A stretch of DNA of 64,000 nucleotides from Bacteroidia bacterium (GCA_964202605.1 CAXNJN010000007.1:543-64542), one strand, 5' to 3'; shown: positions 20,957 to 34,053, counted from the stretch's first letter. Made by a program: numbers and translations. Notes: generated by a model not told the origin, from the letters alone.

Positions 20957-22228
20957 GTGGAAATTCTAATTATTCTATTACTTGTATTGTTAAATGGCGT
21001 TTTTGCCATGGCCGAGCTATCCCTTGTTTCCGCTCGAAAGTTTAAGTTGGAGAGTCTGAAAAAGCAGCGAAAGTTAGGTGCAAAGGAGGCTTTGGCTCTT
21101 TCGGAAAACCCCACCAAATTCATGTCTACGGTGCAAATAGGCATCACACTCATCGGTGTTTTATTGGGGGTGTATGGGGGAAAAAACATTACGGATGACT
21201 TGGAATCAATGCTGCAACAGATCTCTTTTTTGCAGCCTTATGCGAATACTCTTGCAGTAGGTTTGGTGGTGGTATTGATTACATATCTTTCTATTGTTTT
21301 AGGTGAGTTATTTCCCAAAAGGCTTGGCATGACCTTTCCAGAGCAGATTGCCTTGCAAGTGGCCAAACCCATGCTTTGGTTGTCCAAGTTGACTAGCCCT
21401 TTTGTTTGGCTGTTGACGATCTCCAATGATTTTTTACTTTGGATTTTTCAAGTCAAAAAGACCTCTGACAGTAGAGTTTCTGAGGAAGAGTTGAAGGCAC
21501 TTATCAAAGAAAGTGCGGAGGGAGGAGAAATCATGAATATTGAACAGGACATTGTAGAGCGCGTTTTTGAATTGGGAGATCGCCGGATCAATACCCTACT
21601 TACGCATCGAAATGAGTTGGTGTTTTTTAATACGACCGACACCGAAGCGGGGGTCCGAAAAAAAATAAGTGAAGAAAAACATTCCGCCTATCCCTTGTGT
21701 AAGGAGGGGGATTTGGATCAAATCGTCGGGATGGTGCTGGTGAAGGACCTCTTTGATTCCAGTCTTAAGGAAGGATTTGACTTGAGAAAAATTGCGAAAA
21801 CCCCACTTTTTTTGAATGAGAGTATGTTTGCTTACCAAGCTTTGGAATCCTTCAAAGCGCATCGTCTTCATTACGGATTGGTTATCGATGAGTACGGGGT
21901 CACTGTGGGCATGGTGACCATGGACGATGTGGTAGACGCATTAATTGGAGAGGCCACGGAAATGGATCAAACGGATTACCAAATCGTGGAGCGGGAAGAT
22001 GGTTCTTGGTTGATTGACGGACAGTATTCCTTGATCGATTTCGAGAAGTTTTTCGATTTTGAAATTTCCTATCAGAACAAAAGTTTTACCACTTTGGCAG
22101 GCTTAATCCTACATCAAAGTGGATACATTCCGAATGTGGGAGATACCGTTACCGTTGAAAAACTACGACTTGAGGTAGTAGATAAGGATGGACAACGAAT
22201 CGATAAGGTGCTAGTAAGTAGGGTCTGA
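20957..22228 (+). CDS. Hemolysin/CNNM family protein (DUF21-CBS-CorC)
   Basis: NGVFAMAELS, STVQIGIT, GELFPK, IDEYG and CorC-type C-terminus. Confidence 0.92.
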   Translation: MEILIILLLVLLNGVFAMAELSLVSARKFKLESLKKQRKLGAKEALALSENPTKFMSTVQIGITLIGVLLGVYGGKNITDDLESMLQQISFLQPYANTLAVGLVVVLITYLSIVLGELFPKRLGMTFPEQIALQVAKPMLWLSKLTSPFVWLLTISNDFLLWIFQVKKTSDSRVSEEELKALIKESAEGGEIMNIEQDIVERVFELGDRRINTLLTHRNELVFFNTTDTEAGVRKKISEEKHSAYPLCKEGDLDQIVGMVLVKDLFDSSLKEGFDLRKIAKTPLFLNESMFAYQALESFKAHRLHYGLVIDEYGVTVGMVTMDDVVDALIGEATEMDQTDYQIVEREDGSWLIDGQYSLIDFEKFFDFEISYQNKSFTTLAGLILHQSGYIPNVGDTVTVEKLRLEVVDKDGQRIDKVLVSRV

Positions 22229-22314
22229 GTGGAATTACCAATTAATTCCATTCCACTACAGTTCATTAGGATTCAGACTTTCCCTTTTTTGATTTCGATC
22301 CCTTTTTTTAGGAA

Positions 22315-24774
<2,460 letters not shown>

Positions 24775-24932
24775 CTAAAATTTCTACCCTAAAAATAAGG
24801 GTTAAGGCTTAAGAAATTGCGCTTTAAAAGTATTAATACCTTCATTTTTTTGAATGGATTCCGAATCCACGAGGAAATGCCTTTGTACGGATTTTATAGC
24901 GCACTTGGGTTACGGGCTTCCCTTGAATTTTC

Positions 24933-24940
24933 TATCTTTG
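24933..24940 (+). promoter_or_regulatory. Bacteroidota -7 box (TAtcTTTG) for metG
   Basis: Matches TAnnTTTG about 55 bp upstream of the start. Confidence 0.55.
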
Positions 24941-24994
24941 TGTTTTAGTTTCAGAAAAAGCAGTTGCTTTTTCTAGGAGCGATACGACACCCAC

Positions 24995-27055
24995 ATGAGC
25001 GACACCAAATTTAAACGCTATACTGTTACCTCAGCTTTGCCTTATGCGAATGGACCACTTCACATTGGTCACTTGGCAGGCTGCTACATTCCATCTGACA
25101 TTTATGTGCGCTACTTGCGGTCCCAAGGCAGAAATGTGGCCTACATCTGTGGCTCCGATGAGCATGGCGTAGCGATTACCATCAAGGCAGCAAAGGAGGG
25201 CAAGACGCCTCAACAGGTCGTGGATCATTACCACGAGATGATGAAGGGGAGCTTTGAGCAATTTGGGATTAGCTTCAACCATTATTCCCGAACTTCTGCG
25301 CCCATCCATCACGAGACAGCTCGGGAATTTTTTACGAATCTGTACCAAAAAGGGGAGTTTCTAGAGCAAACTACCGCTCAATATTACGATGAGGAGGCAG
25401 ACCAGTTCCTTGCTGACCGCTACATCGAAGGCACTTGCCCTAAATGCAGCAACGAGCACGCGTACGGAGATCAGTGCGAGAAATGTGGGACTTCACTTAG
25501 TCCCACCGATTTGATCAATCCAAAGTCCAAGTTGAGTGGGAGAACTCCCATTTTGAAGGATACTACCCATTGGTTTTTGGACTTGGCTCGCTACCAGAAT
25601 TTTTTGAAAAAATGGGTTTTAGAGGAGCACGGGAATGATTGGAAAAATAATGTCTTGGGCCAATGTCGCTCCTGGCTTGAAGCCGGAGATGGGCTCCAAG
25701 CTAGATCGATGACACGAGATTTGGAGTGGGGTATTCCCGTTCCACTTCCCACTGCCAAAGGAAAAGTATTGTATGTTTGGTTTGATGCCCCAATCGGCTA
25801 TATCTCTGCTACCAAAGAGTGGGCAAAAGAGAAAGGAATTGATTGGGAGCCTTACTGGAAAGACAAGGATACCAAACTTGTTCACTTTATTGGTAAGGAT
25901 AACATTGTATTTCACTGCATCATTTTCCCGGCGATCTTAAAAACCCACGGAGGCTATATTCTTCCGGACAATGTGCCTGCGAATGAGTTTTTAAATTTGG
26001 AGGGAGACAAGATTTCTACTTCCCGAAATTGGGCCGTCTGGCTTCATGAATACTTGGAAGAATTTCCAGGGCAGCAAGATTTACTTCGGTATGTGCTGAC
26101 AGCCAATGCACCAGAGACGAAGGACAATGATTTTACTTGGAAGGATTTTCAAGTAAGAACTAATTCGGAATTGGTGGCCATCTATGGCAATTTTGTGAAT
26201 CGTGCTGTGGTGCTCACGCAAAAGTTTTTTGATGGAATTGTGCCTGCACGAGGAGAATTGCGGGGAATTGATCAGGAGGTTCTCCAGGAGCTCGAAGGTT
26301 TTCCAGAAAAAATCGCTGCTTCAATTGAACGTTTTCGTTTCCGAGAAGCGCAGGGCTTGATGATGGATTTGGCCCGAATGGGAAATAAGTACTTGGCGGA
26401 TACCGAACCTTGGAAAGAGGTCAAAACAGATGTAGCCCGCACCCAGACCATACTCAATATTGCATTGAATGTAGCAGCCAATTTGGCAATCTTATCTGAG
26501 CCATTCTTGCCATTTACCGCCCAAAAGCTGTACCGCACCTTTGGGATGCAAGCCACAACCTGGGCGGATGCGGGAAATGGAAATTTGATTCAATCCAATC
26601 GAGCTTTGGGAGAAATTGGACTCCTTTTTGAAAAAATTGAAGATGAAGTAGTCGAGAAACAAATTCAGAAACTTGTAAATGCTAAAAAAATGAATGAAGC
26701 TGCTGAACTCCCAGTTCCTGCAATGAAAGAACTGATTACCTACGATGATTTTGCGAAGCTAGACATGCGCGTGGTGACGGTACTTGAGGTGGAGGCGATG
26801 CCTAAGTCCAAGAAGTTACTCAAACTGAAGGTGGATACTGGCTTGGGACATCGTACCGTTTTAAGCGGTGTTGCTGAGCATTTTGATCCTCAATTTTTGG
26901 TGGGCAAACAAGTAACGATGTTGATCAACTTGGCTCCGCGAACTATGATGGGAATCGATAGCGAAGGGATGATCTTGATGGCGGCAGATAAGGATGGCAA
27001 ACTGAAGTTGCTCCAGTCACACGAGGTAACCTCCCCAGGTTCAGTGATTTCCTAA
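24995..27055 (+). CDS. metG: Methionine--tRNA ligase
   Basis: [13 protein letters not shown], Zn knuckle, KISTS and a C-terminal tRNA-binding OB domain. Confidence 0.97.
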   Translation: MSDTKFKRYTVTSALPYANGPLHIGHLAGCYIPSDIYVRYLRSQGRNVAYICGSDEHGVAITIKAAKEGKTPQQVVDHYHEMMKGSFEQFGISFNHYSRTSAPIHHETAREFFTNLYQKGEFLEQTTAQYYDEEADQFLADRYIEGTCPKCSNEHAYGDQCEKCGTSLSPTDLINPKSKLSGRTPILKDTTHWFLDLARYQNFLKKWVLEEHGNDWKNNVLGQCRSWLEAGDGLQARSMTRDLEWGIPVPLPTAKGKVLYVWFDAPIGYISATKEWAKEKGIDWEPYWKDKDTKLVHFIGKDNIVFHCIIFPAILKTHGGYILPDNVPANEFLNLEGDKISTSRNWAVWLHEYLEEFPGQQDLLRYVLTANAPETKDNDFTWKDFQVRTNSELVAIYGNFVNRAVVLTQKFFDGIVPARGELRGIDQEVLQELEGFPEKIAASIERFRFREAQGLMMDLARMGNKYLADTEPWKEVKTDVARTQTILNIALNVAANLAILSEPFLPFTAQKLYRTFGMQATTWADAGNGNLIQSNRALGEIGLLFEKIEDEVVEKQIQKLVNAKKMNEAAELPVPAMKELITYDDFAKLDMRVVTVLEVEAMPKSKKLLKLKVDTGLGHRTVLSGVAEHFDPQFLVGKQVTMLINLAPRTMMGIDSEGMILMAADKDGKLKLLQSHEVTSPGSVIS

Positions 27056-27070
27056 GGAGTAGCAAATCAC

Positions 27071-27104
27071 AAAAAAAGGAGACAAGTTTTTGTCTCCTTT
27101 TTTT
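27071..27104. terminator. Bidirectional intrinsic terminator
   Basis: aaaaaaaggagacaa-gttt-ttgtctccttttttt between convergent genes. Confidence 0.8.
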
Positions 27105-27141
27105 GTTTGCATCAAGTTCAGGTTTCAATTTGTTCTCGACC

Positions 27142-27915
27142 TTAATTGGATTTTACAGCTCCTTTGGGCATCTCGAATAGATCACTATCCAGTTCTTCTT
27201 TGACTAAAAACACATCCGAGAAGCTGGTTTGGTAGCGGATTCGTTTGCTTGAATCATTTTCGATTTGGTAACCCGTGATGACGCGTGGGAAGATCAAACC
27301 CCCTGCATCGCGGTAGTCTTCGTATTTCAAGGCTTCTTGTACTTGATTTCCCTTATCGTAAAAAGTAACCGCAAATAGTACCCAAGCCAACTGTCCTGTA
27401 GTTGGGTCAATCAAGAGTTCATAGCGGTTGGAAGGCCCTATTAGTTTTCCATCTTTCACTTTTGCTTCCAGTGTAGGATAGCTGATCCCATTGAATACTC
27501 TGTTATCTAATGGGGTGATGTTCACCAAAGTATCGGTAAGTGCGTAGGGGATACTCAGGAATGTCGAATACAAGTTGTTGTAGAAGCGTACCGAATTGCC
27601 AGGAAAGGATTGTCGATTGGGGCTTATCCAAACTTGCTCCCCGTCATTTCCAGCTTGAAAAAGGTCTGCATCAATGCGCACCCTGCCATCTTGGAGGTCG
27701 ATGTAGTGATTTTCCCATTCCAAGGTGGTTTCATGGACCATCGCAAAAGATAAGGATTTGGCATCCACCCACTGTTTCCAATCTCCATGCGCTTCCAATA
27801 CCTTTTTGAAGTGATCAGGCTGTTGGAGTCGTGGATCAGGCCCTTGATTTTTTTCCTGACAGGAAAATAGAGCGAACAGAAGTACTGCTGGAAAAATAAG
27901 TTTAGACAGATTCAT
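27142..27915 (-). CDS. Conserved hypothetical lipoprotein (DUF6503-like)
   Basis: Lipobox LFSC; KVLEAHG and FYNNLY..F..IPY motifs. Confidence 0.6.
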   Translation of the reverse strand: MNLSKLIFPAVLLFALFSCQEKNQGPDPRLQQPDHFKKVLEAHGDWKQWVDAKSLSFAMVHETTLEWENHYIDLQDGRVRIDADLFQAGNDGEQVWISPNRQSFPGNSVRFYNNLYSTFLSIPYALTDTLVNITPLDNRVFNGISYPTLEAKVKDGKLIGPSNRYELLIDPTTGQLAWVLFAVTFYDKGNQVQEALKYEDYRDAGGLIFPRVITGYQIENDSSKRIRYQTSFSDVFLVKEELDSDLFEMPKGAVKSN

Positions 27916-28040
27916 AAGCGGTAAAATTTTCTAAATATACCAAAACAGCGAGATGTTCATCGATTTTGAAAGGCGATAATCAAATGGTCTTAGCAATTTT
28001 TAAAAAAAAGTAGATGAGGTATTCGAAGAAATAAAAATAC

Positions 28041-28061
28041 TATTTAGATTTGTTCCAAATA
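28041..28061. promoter_or_regulatory. Putative Fur-type box
   Basis: TATTTaGA-N5-TCcAAATA imperfect palindrome just upstream of a PepSY-TM gene; resembles Bacteroidota iron-responsive boxes. Confidence 0.5.
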
Positions 28062-28074
28062 AAAATAAGTTCGT

Positions 28075-29277
28075 ATGTGGAAGCCCATCCGTCAATTCCT
28101 CAATGACATTCACTTGTATGCTGGTTTGCTTAGCGCAGTCATCGTCATCGCGGTATGTTTCACTGGGACGCTGTATGTCTACAACACGGAGATACGGGAA
28201 TTTTTTGATTCTGAGCGCTATTTTGCCTCAGGCCAAGGGACTCCCAAAACTCTAGAGGAGTTAAAATCTGGTCTTCAACCGCTTCAAAAAGGCAAGTTGG
28301 TGGGTGTCACTACCTACTCGGTAGCCGACAGGACGGTACAGTTTCAAGTGAAAGCGGCCGGCGAAGAGAAAGCCACCACCTATTTTGTAGATCCTTACAC
28401 TGGGGAAGTGCTGGCGGACAATACCAAGAAAACCGCATCTGAGGAGTTTATGGGCTATGTATTTTCCTTACACCGCTGGTTGCTTTTGGACAAGGTGGAG
28501 GCGCCCATACTAGAAAGTATGACCAACCAAGAATTGGGTCGCTTAATCAATGGAATAGCCACTTCCTTATTTCTTTTAGGCGTGCTTACTGGAATTTTCC
28601 TTTGGCTTCCCAAAAAAGCTAAAAATTGGAAACAAGGATTGTCTGTAAAATGGTCTAGCAATTGGAAGCGGATCAACCATGACCTTCACAATACTTTGGC
28701 CTTTTACTCGATCCTCGCGCTGTTTATCATGGCGGTGACGGGTCCCTACTGGTCGTTTGGATGGTACAAGACGGGTTGGCAGAAAACCTGGGATACCTAC
28801 CAAGCTCCCAAAGAGGAGAAGAAGGAGGATAAGTCCAAAGAATCGAGTACTGCCGAGCAGGTTGTGGAAGATTCTACCGCTATCCCTGAACCCCTAGTAA
28901 TCTCTCTTGATGAAGCCCTCGCAGCAGCAAATCAGCATTTGTCCTATGCTGGGGTGGTTAAACTTACCTTACCTGAAGATTCGCAATGGGATCTTTCGGT
29001 GAGCAAGTCTCGAACTGGATTTTTTGCGAGAGCGGGAGCAGATCAACTGAAATTGAATGCACAAACCTTGGAATTAAAGGAGAAGGTGCTCTTTGGGGAA
29101 CTTCCGGTTCGCCAACAGATTGGGAAGTCTGTAAAGGCCTTGCATACTGGAGAGATTTTTGGCCAATTCACCAAATTCCTCTGGGCTGTAGCCTGTGCCA
29201 TTGCCACTTCACTTCCCATCACAGGAACCATGATCTGGTTGAACAAGCGAAAGAAGAAGAGAGTTATTAGTGATTGA
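28075..29277 (+). CDS. PepSY-associated TM helix protein (iron-regulated membrane protein)
   Basis: IHLYAGL, VDPYTGE, LHRWL, DLHNTL and LHTG motifs. Confidence 0.88.
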   Translation: MWKPIRQFLNDIHLYAGLLSAVIVIAVCFTGTLYVYNTEIREFFDSERYFASGQGTPKTLEELKSGLQPLQKGKLVGVTTYSVADRTVQFQVKAAGEEKATTYFVDPYTGEVLADNTKKTASEEFMGYVFSLHRWLLLDKVEAPILESMTNQELGRLINGIATSLFLLGVLTGIFLWLPKKAKNWKQGLSVKWSSNWKRINHDLHNTLAFYSILALFIMAVTGPYWSFGWYKTGWQKTWDTYQAPKEEKKEDKSKESSTAEQVVEDSTAIPEPLVISLDEALAAANQHLSYAGVVKLTLPEDSQWDLSVSKSRTGFFARAGADQLKLNAQTLELKEKVLFGELPVRQQIGKSVKALHTGEIFGQFTKFLWAVACAIATSLPITGTMIWLNKRKKKRVISD

Positions 29278-29284
29278 TTTTTAG

Positions 29285-29505
29285 TATTGATAATCAATTA
29301 ATTAGAATTTATACTTGCAGTAAAAACCGTTGATTTTGATTCCCAACTGCAATGTTTACTGCAAGTTTAAAATCTTCTATCCAACTAGGTGATCCCCCTA
29401 CCTTCCTAATAAATTAGAGGAAGTAAAAATCATTTTTCAGCTAATCGTAATTGAACGATTAGGGCCTTGATAGAATTTCCATCATCTTCTAAGGTGCCAC
29501 TTACA
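29285..29505 (+). repeat. Island repeat, copy A (contains ACTGCAA-tgttt-ACTGCAA at 29346-29364)
   Basis: Aligns by eye with 60915-61130 (tattgataat...aaaatcttc.atccaactaggtgatcccc...aaattagaggaagt...tgccac) and with 33770-33950. Confidence 0.85.
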
Positions 29506-29715
29506 TAGTTAAAACTCTAAGAATAAGGGCTGACTTTTTCATAAACCTTCTGCAATGTTAAAGTTAAAACGTAATTTTTAACCTGTCGCAAAGAAGTAGC
29601 TCTAAACCCTAGACATCTATCGAATCAGGAGATTTTAATTTTTTTGATAAAAACTGTCACACTTGTAATCTTCCAGGGATTATCTCCTTAGATAAAACTA
29701 ACGAGAAACTCTTTC

Positions 29716-31146
29716 ATGGATCAGAACTTCGAATTTTACATAAATAGGATAATCCGAGAAAAATATTCAGAAACGGAGCAGATTGGCTTGAATGCGCTAT
29801 TGGATTCTCTACCCAAGGATCAAGAGCAAATTTTTAAGGATATTATATCGCTGATTAGGCAAGGAAAGCTTGTTGCTATCTTCAAAAAGTGGGAGGGAGA
29901 GCAGGTTTTTTTCAGGATCAATCCTTCAAATAAAGAAAAAAACTTCAATCAAGATATTCGAGACTGTCTTGTTGCAGTTAGGCTTTGTACTTTTCTCCTT
30001 CATATGAAGGATATCTCCAGTTTTCTTCGGATGACAGGAAGTCATTTTTCCAAAGTTGTTCTCGTCCAATTTCTTGAAAAATCCAAAGCTTCATTCGATG
30101 ACCTTCACTTTCTATGTTGCTATCTTGACTCCTTTTTTTTAGGGGAAACACCTTATTCGTTAATGGATTTGGGTCTAGAGCCTGGGGAAATTCTAAGTAT
30201 TTTGAATAAGGTATATCAAAACAAGTTTATTCCACAGCAACAAGAGTTGATCGCGATGGCATTGGAAAAAGGAAGTATCACTTTAGAAGCATTGCCTTCA
30301 GAAAGGTTGGTTAAGCTACTCCGAAATGAATTCATTGAGGTAATTCAACCGGAAAAAAGAACTTCAAAAGGATTGTATTGGGAGTTACAGCATGATTCTT
30401 TACCAAAAGTGCCTTTGTACTTTAACCGCGGTGAAACTGCTTTTTATGAGGTTTTCTGCAGATTAATTGCCACACCTCGAAAAACTAACCAATCCCTTAC
30501 TCTTCTTCTTTATGGTCTGCCAGGAACTGGGAAAACAGAATTCGTACACCAAGTTGCAAAAATTTGTAAACTGGAAATCATGCAGATGAACTTCTCAGAA
30601 ATTCATAGCAAATGGGTGGGGGAAACGGAAAAGAACATAGCAAAAGTTTTTGAGATCTACGCTAAAAAGCGAATCCAGAGTAAATCACCAGTCATTTTAT
30701 TAATTAATGAAGCAGATGGATTGATGAGCAAAAGGGTCGAAGTGAGCACTAGCAACGATGCCTTTCACAATCAAGTTCAAACAAAAATGCTGGAAGAACT
30801 GGATCGTTTTGAAGGGATTTTGGTTGCTACTACCAATCTAAAACATCACTTAGATTCAGCATTTTTTAGGCGATTTCTATTTTGTCAAGAAATCTCTATG
30901 CCAGATACCCAGACCCGTAGTCGTATCCTAGATGACTCTATAAAACTGGGAAGTTTGCCGGCAGCAGTTAAACCATTATTGCAGCACCTTTCTTGGAGCC
31001 CTGCGCAGCTTAGAAATATAGAGCGTAAAATCAGGCAATTTCAATTTTTGGATTTGTTAGATCCAGCACTTATCCAATGGCTGTTTGAACAAGAAGGAAT
31101 TTTATCTCAAGGGGGGAATTTGGGTTTTGCTCAAAAAAAAGTTTAG
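29716..31146 (+). CDS. AAA+ ATPase with uncharacterised N-terminal region
   Basis: Walker A GLPGTGKT, SKWVGETEK, Walker B variant LLINEAD, ATTN...LDSAFFRRF, C-terminal LGF. Confidence 0.88.
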   Translation: MDQNFEFYINRIIREKYSETEQIGLNALLDSLPKDQEQIFKDIISLIRQGKLVAIFKKWEGEQVFFRINPSNKEKNFNQDIRDCLVAVRLCTFLLHMKDISSFLRMTGSHFSKVVLVQFLEKSKASFDDLHFLCCYLDSFFLGETPYSLMDLGLEPGEILSILNKVYQNKFIPQQQELIAMALEKGSITLEALPSERLVKLLRNEFIEVIQPEKRTSKGLYWELQHDSLPKVPLYFNRGETAFYEVFCRLIATPRKTNQSLTLLLYGLPGTGKTEFVHQVAKICKLEIMQMNFSEIHSKWVGETEKNIAKVFEIYAKKRIQSKSPVILLINEADGLMSKRVEVSTSNDAFHNQVQTKMLEELDRFEGILVATTNLKHHLDSAFFRRFLFCQEISMPDTQTRSRILDDSIKLGSLPAAVKPLLQHLSWSPAQLRNIERKIRQFQFLDLLDPALIQWLFEQEGILSQGGNLGFAQKKV

Positions 31147-31206
31147 AAAGTTGTCACAAACGGAGTATACCCGGCCTTATATTATAAAAACATTAATCTC
31201 TTTATT

Positions 31207-31428
31207 ATGAACAATTTCTTAGCGTTTTCCGATTACGGCAGGGTAGAAAAGCTGGATGCAATCAGCTTTCGAGTGTACAGGGACAGGCATGATTATACCA
31301 ACATGTCCATTCCCTACGGTTTTGGTGAAATTAGCAGTATCATTTGGCAGGGTAGTAGGTTGCATCTACGAACAGAACAAGGAGTTTTATTTATCTTCAG
31401 TGACTTTTGGGATTACGAAAGGATTTGA
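31207..31428 (+). CDS. Small hypothetical protein (WQG motif), paralogue of 63714-63941
   Basis: Aligns with the 75-aa ORF: FRVYRDRHDY/FHVHTDRYNF and IIWQGSRL/AMWQGDQI. Confidence 0.7.
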   Translation: MNNFLAFSDYGRVEKLDAISFRVYRDRHDYTNMSIPYGFGEISSIIWQGSRLHLRTEQGVLFIFSDFWDYERI

Positions 31429-31470
31429 TTAAGTATCATTAAGAAGGATTTAACTTTATAAATTTTAATT

Positions 31471-33171
31471 ATGTCAAAACGAATTTCAAATACAGCCAAT
31501 AAACAGTTTTTGGAACAAATTCAATCAAGCCTAAAAAAACTTTTCCCCACTTGGGCTGAAAATGAAAGCCAAAGTATGGTAAAAGCCATTTTCAGATGGA
31601 AAGGATTCATTCATCATGAGGATTTAATTTCTATTGTAAGCGAAACTTACCTCAAAATAGAAAGTAAAGGAAAGCTAAATGAACCTCCCGGGTACTTCGC
31701 TACGATTTTTAAGCGTAAAGTTTTAAAAAAATTAGGCAAAAAGGATTATGAAGAAGGCTTATGGGACCCAGAAGATTATCAGGAGGGAGAAAATTTATTT
31801 GAGAAAAAAAGTTCTCCTAGAAAAAGGGAATTTATCCAATATGATGGGGAAATGAATGAACAAGATTCAATTCAGGTAAAAAACGCGATTGAAACAGAAT
31901 TTGGAGCTTTTGACCAATTGGATTCACGTCAAAAAATAGATGGATTTTTCAAGTTAGTTCTAAAGCACAAGTTGCTTTCGGCCAAGGAAGGGGAGTTTTT
32001 TGAAGCGATGAAGCAGGCGGCATTGTCTACTAAACAGGCTGAAAACACTTCAAATTGGAGAAAGATCTACTGGGAAGAAGTGAATCAAATCCTCCAGAAA
32101 TCGGGGATTCAAGTTTCAAATGATTATTTCCGAAAGATAAAACAACGAGTACTTACGCAATTGAATAAAAAAATTTCTACGCAAGGAAGAGAGCTGTTGA
32201 GTTTTTACGATATGGAAAAGGAAAATGTACTACAAATACTCTTGCGATTGTTCGAATCTATCCCTCTGCCTAACCTACACCTCCCAGTTCCTTCCTACCG
32301 ATTTTCGATGGAGGAATTAGAGAAAATGATTTGGTTGAAAACAGAAGTATTCGAAAAAAATGGATATTCCTTCCAGGCCAACCGTTTTCCAGAAGTATAC
32401 TACTGTGATTTTAAGGAAGTAAAAGACTTTATCCCTAGTCAGGCCTGGAGGGATGTAATCACGCCGGATGAATTGGGAGTATATTTTGATTTTTTCCAAT
32501 CGGCAGATGGGGATCCTAAAAATGCATATTTCGGGGGAAGAAGTCGAGAGGGTAGAATTGTTCTCTTTAAGGACAGGATTGAAGCTTTTTGTTCAAGAAA
32601 TCCAAGGTTCACCGAGGAAGACGTTCGATTTGTCGTATTGATGCATGAATTGGGACACTGGTTGAGTCACTGGGCCCTCTCTTCAGGTATACGCTGGATA
32701 CATGGATATCATTTTTCAAATTCCTTTACCCATGAAGCATTGGCACAATTGATTGCGTACTGGTGTTGCAAAGGCAATCCAGCACAAGAGCAGGTCCTTT
32801 TGGTCCTAAGCCCCAAGGATGATCAAGGGAAGATAGACTCTTCTAAGCCGTATGGGGCTTATGAATCCTTAAAGAGTTTTGACGAGGGGGTGATCCTTCA
32901 AAAACTGGATCAATTGCGAAAATTTTGGATGGTTACCGATTTGAAAATGCTAGCTTTTCTCCAATCCGACATGGTGGAAATGGCCCAATGGATTACTGCT
33001 ACTAAAAAGAAAGCGAATGGCCCAGTTTGGGAAGAATATTTGGATAAAGGATTGGGCGATTGGTTAGATTCCTTTGCATTGGTGGAGGGATGGGGCGACT
33101 CTGAAGTTTATGACACCCTAGAATTGGGAGAGGATTATTTAAAAACTGGAAAAAATTATGGACTATTTTAA
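31471..33171 (+). CDS. Hypothetical: ECF-sigma-like N-terminus fused to an HExxH zincin-like domain
   Basis: Region 2-like IVSETYLKI...GYFATIFKRK; region 4-like LSAKE...YWEEVNQIL...FRKIKQRVLTQL; VLMHELGHWLSH plus a downstream HEALAQ. Confidence 0.55.
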   Translation: MSKRISNTANKQFLEQIQSSLKKLFPTWAENESQSMVKAIFRWKGFIHHEDLISIVSETYLKIESKGKLNEPPGYFATIFKRKVLKKLGKKDYEEGLWDPEDYQEGENLFEKKSSPRKREFIQYDGEMNEQDSIQVKNAIETEFGAFDQLDSRQKIDGFFKLVLKHKLLSAKEGEFFEAMKQAALSTKQAENTSNWRKIYWEEVNQILQKSGIQVSNDYFRKIKQRVLTQLNKKISTQGRELLSFYDMEKENVLQILLRLFESIPLPNLHLPVPSYRFSMEELEKMIWLKTEVFEKNGYSFQANRFPEVYYCDFKEVKDFIPSQAWRDVITPDELGVYFDFFQSADGDPKNAYFGGRSREGRIVLFKDRIEAFCSRNPRFTEEDVRFVVLMHELGHWLSHWALSSGIRWIHGYHFSNSFTHEALAQLIAYWCCKGNPAQEQVLLVLSPKDDQGKIDSSKPYGAYESLKSFDEGVILQKLDQLRKFWMVTDLKMLAFLQSDMVEMAQWITATKKKANGPVWEEYLDKGLGDWLDSFALVEGWGDSEVYDTLELGEDYLKTGKNYGLF

Positions 33172-33183
33172 ATCTGAACAAAA

Positions 33184-33747
33184 ATGAAAAAAACACTGAG
33201 TATTATTCCCGAAAACCCATTTTTAGTCTTAATTGGCCTCAATCCAACCAAAGAAGCGATAAAGAATCAAGCGGTTTTTTCAAGGGATGAAGCATTTTGG
33301 AATTTACTAATTTCTGCTGGGATATTAAAAAACACAATAAAGCAATTGGATTTGAAAAAAAGAGCTTCTGCTGCATTTTTAACCCAAAACCACTCCGACT
33401 ATAGCCTTGGGTTTGCAGATTTACTACCTCTGATAGATGAAACAGATTCCAAAAAAGTGAAAGTACCTAAAGGTTCCGTTGAAGAGTTGTTTAGAGCTAC
33501 GCCTAACTTGAAAAATGCAAAGCGGATTGCACTATTAGGACAAAAGGTGGTCGATGCTTTTTCTAAAGAATATGAATCTAATCTAAATAAATGGAATAGT
33601 ATTGATAAAGTAGGAGATAAAAAGCAGTTTGGATCTATTGGCAAAATAGAAATTGAAGGTAATGAAATTGAAGTTTTTGCAATGCCATTTCCTGTAAATA
33701 ACAGCATTGAAAAAAAGTATGAGTTTTATTCTAAGCTCCTTGAATAA
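33184..33747 (+). CDS. Uracil-DNA-glycosylase superfamily (MUG-like) protein
   Basis: LVLIGLNP motif, FWNLL..AG, GFADL, IALLG and a C-terminal MPFP. Confidence 0.6.
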   Translation: MKKTLSIIPENPFLVLIGLNPTKEAIKNQAVFSRDEAFWNLLISAGILKNTIKQLDLKKRASAAFLTQNHSDYSLGFADLLPLIDETDSKKVKVPKGSVEELFRATPNLKNAKRIALLGQKVVDAFSKEYESNLNKWNSIDKVGDKKQFGSIGKIEIEGNEIEVFAMPFPVNNSIEKKYEFYSKLLE

Positions 33748-33769
33748 TTTTAGAATGAAGCTTTTTTGG

Positions 33770-34053
33770 TTTTGATTCCCAACTGCAATGTTTACTGCAA
33801 GGATAGTTGAAGTTCTGAGTAGTCTTTTTCACCCTCTCAGGTACCACCTATACTTTCTAAAAAGTGTAAGGAAGTTCATAAAAATTCACCAATCGGAAAT
33901 TTACGATGTGACCCTTGACAAAATTTCGATCATCCTCTCAGGTGCCACCCACATCAATCATTGAATAACCAAAGTTTTATTGACTATCTAAAAGCTAATA
34001 CACATCTTTAAAATCCAATTTATAAGTGGTTCGAAAAACGGAGTACTTACACA
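33770..34053 (+). repeat. Island repeat, copy B (ACTGCAA pair at 33782-33800; ends in the 32-bp res-like site)
   Basis: Near-identical to 61105-61230 over tcatc.tctcag.tgccacccacatcaatcattgaataaccaaagt...tacttacaca. Confidence 0.88.

Noticed and set aside
29240-29250. gaacaagcg match to the tRNA-Arg core near the island's left edge
   Set aside because: Only 9 bp, inside the PepSY coding sequence and in the wrong orientation relative to the repeat.
31158-31167. aaacggagta match to the res-like site
   Set aside because: Only 10 bp, lacking both TAAGT/ACTTA arms; probably chance.
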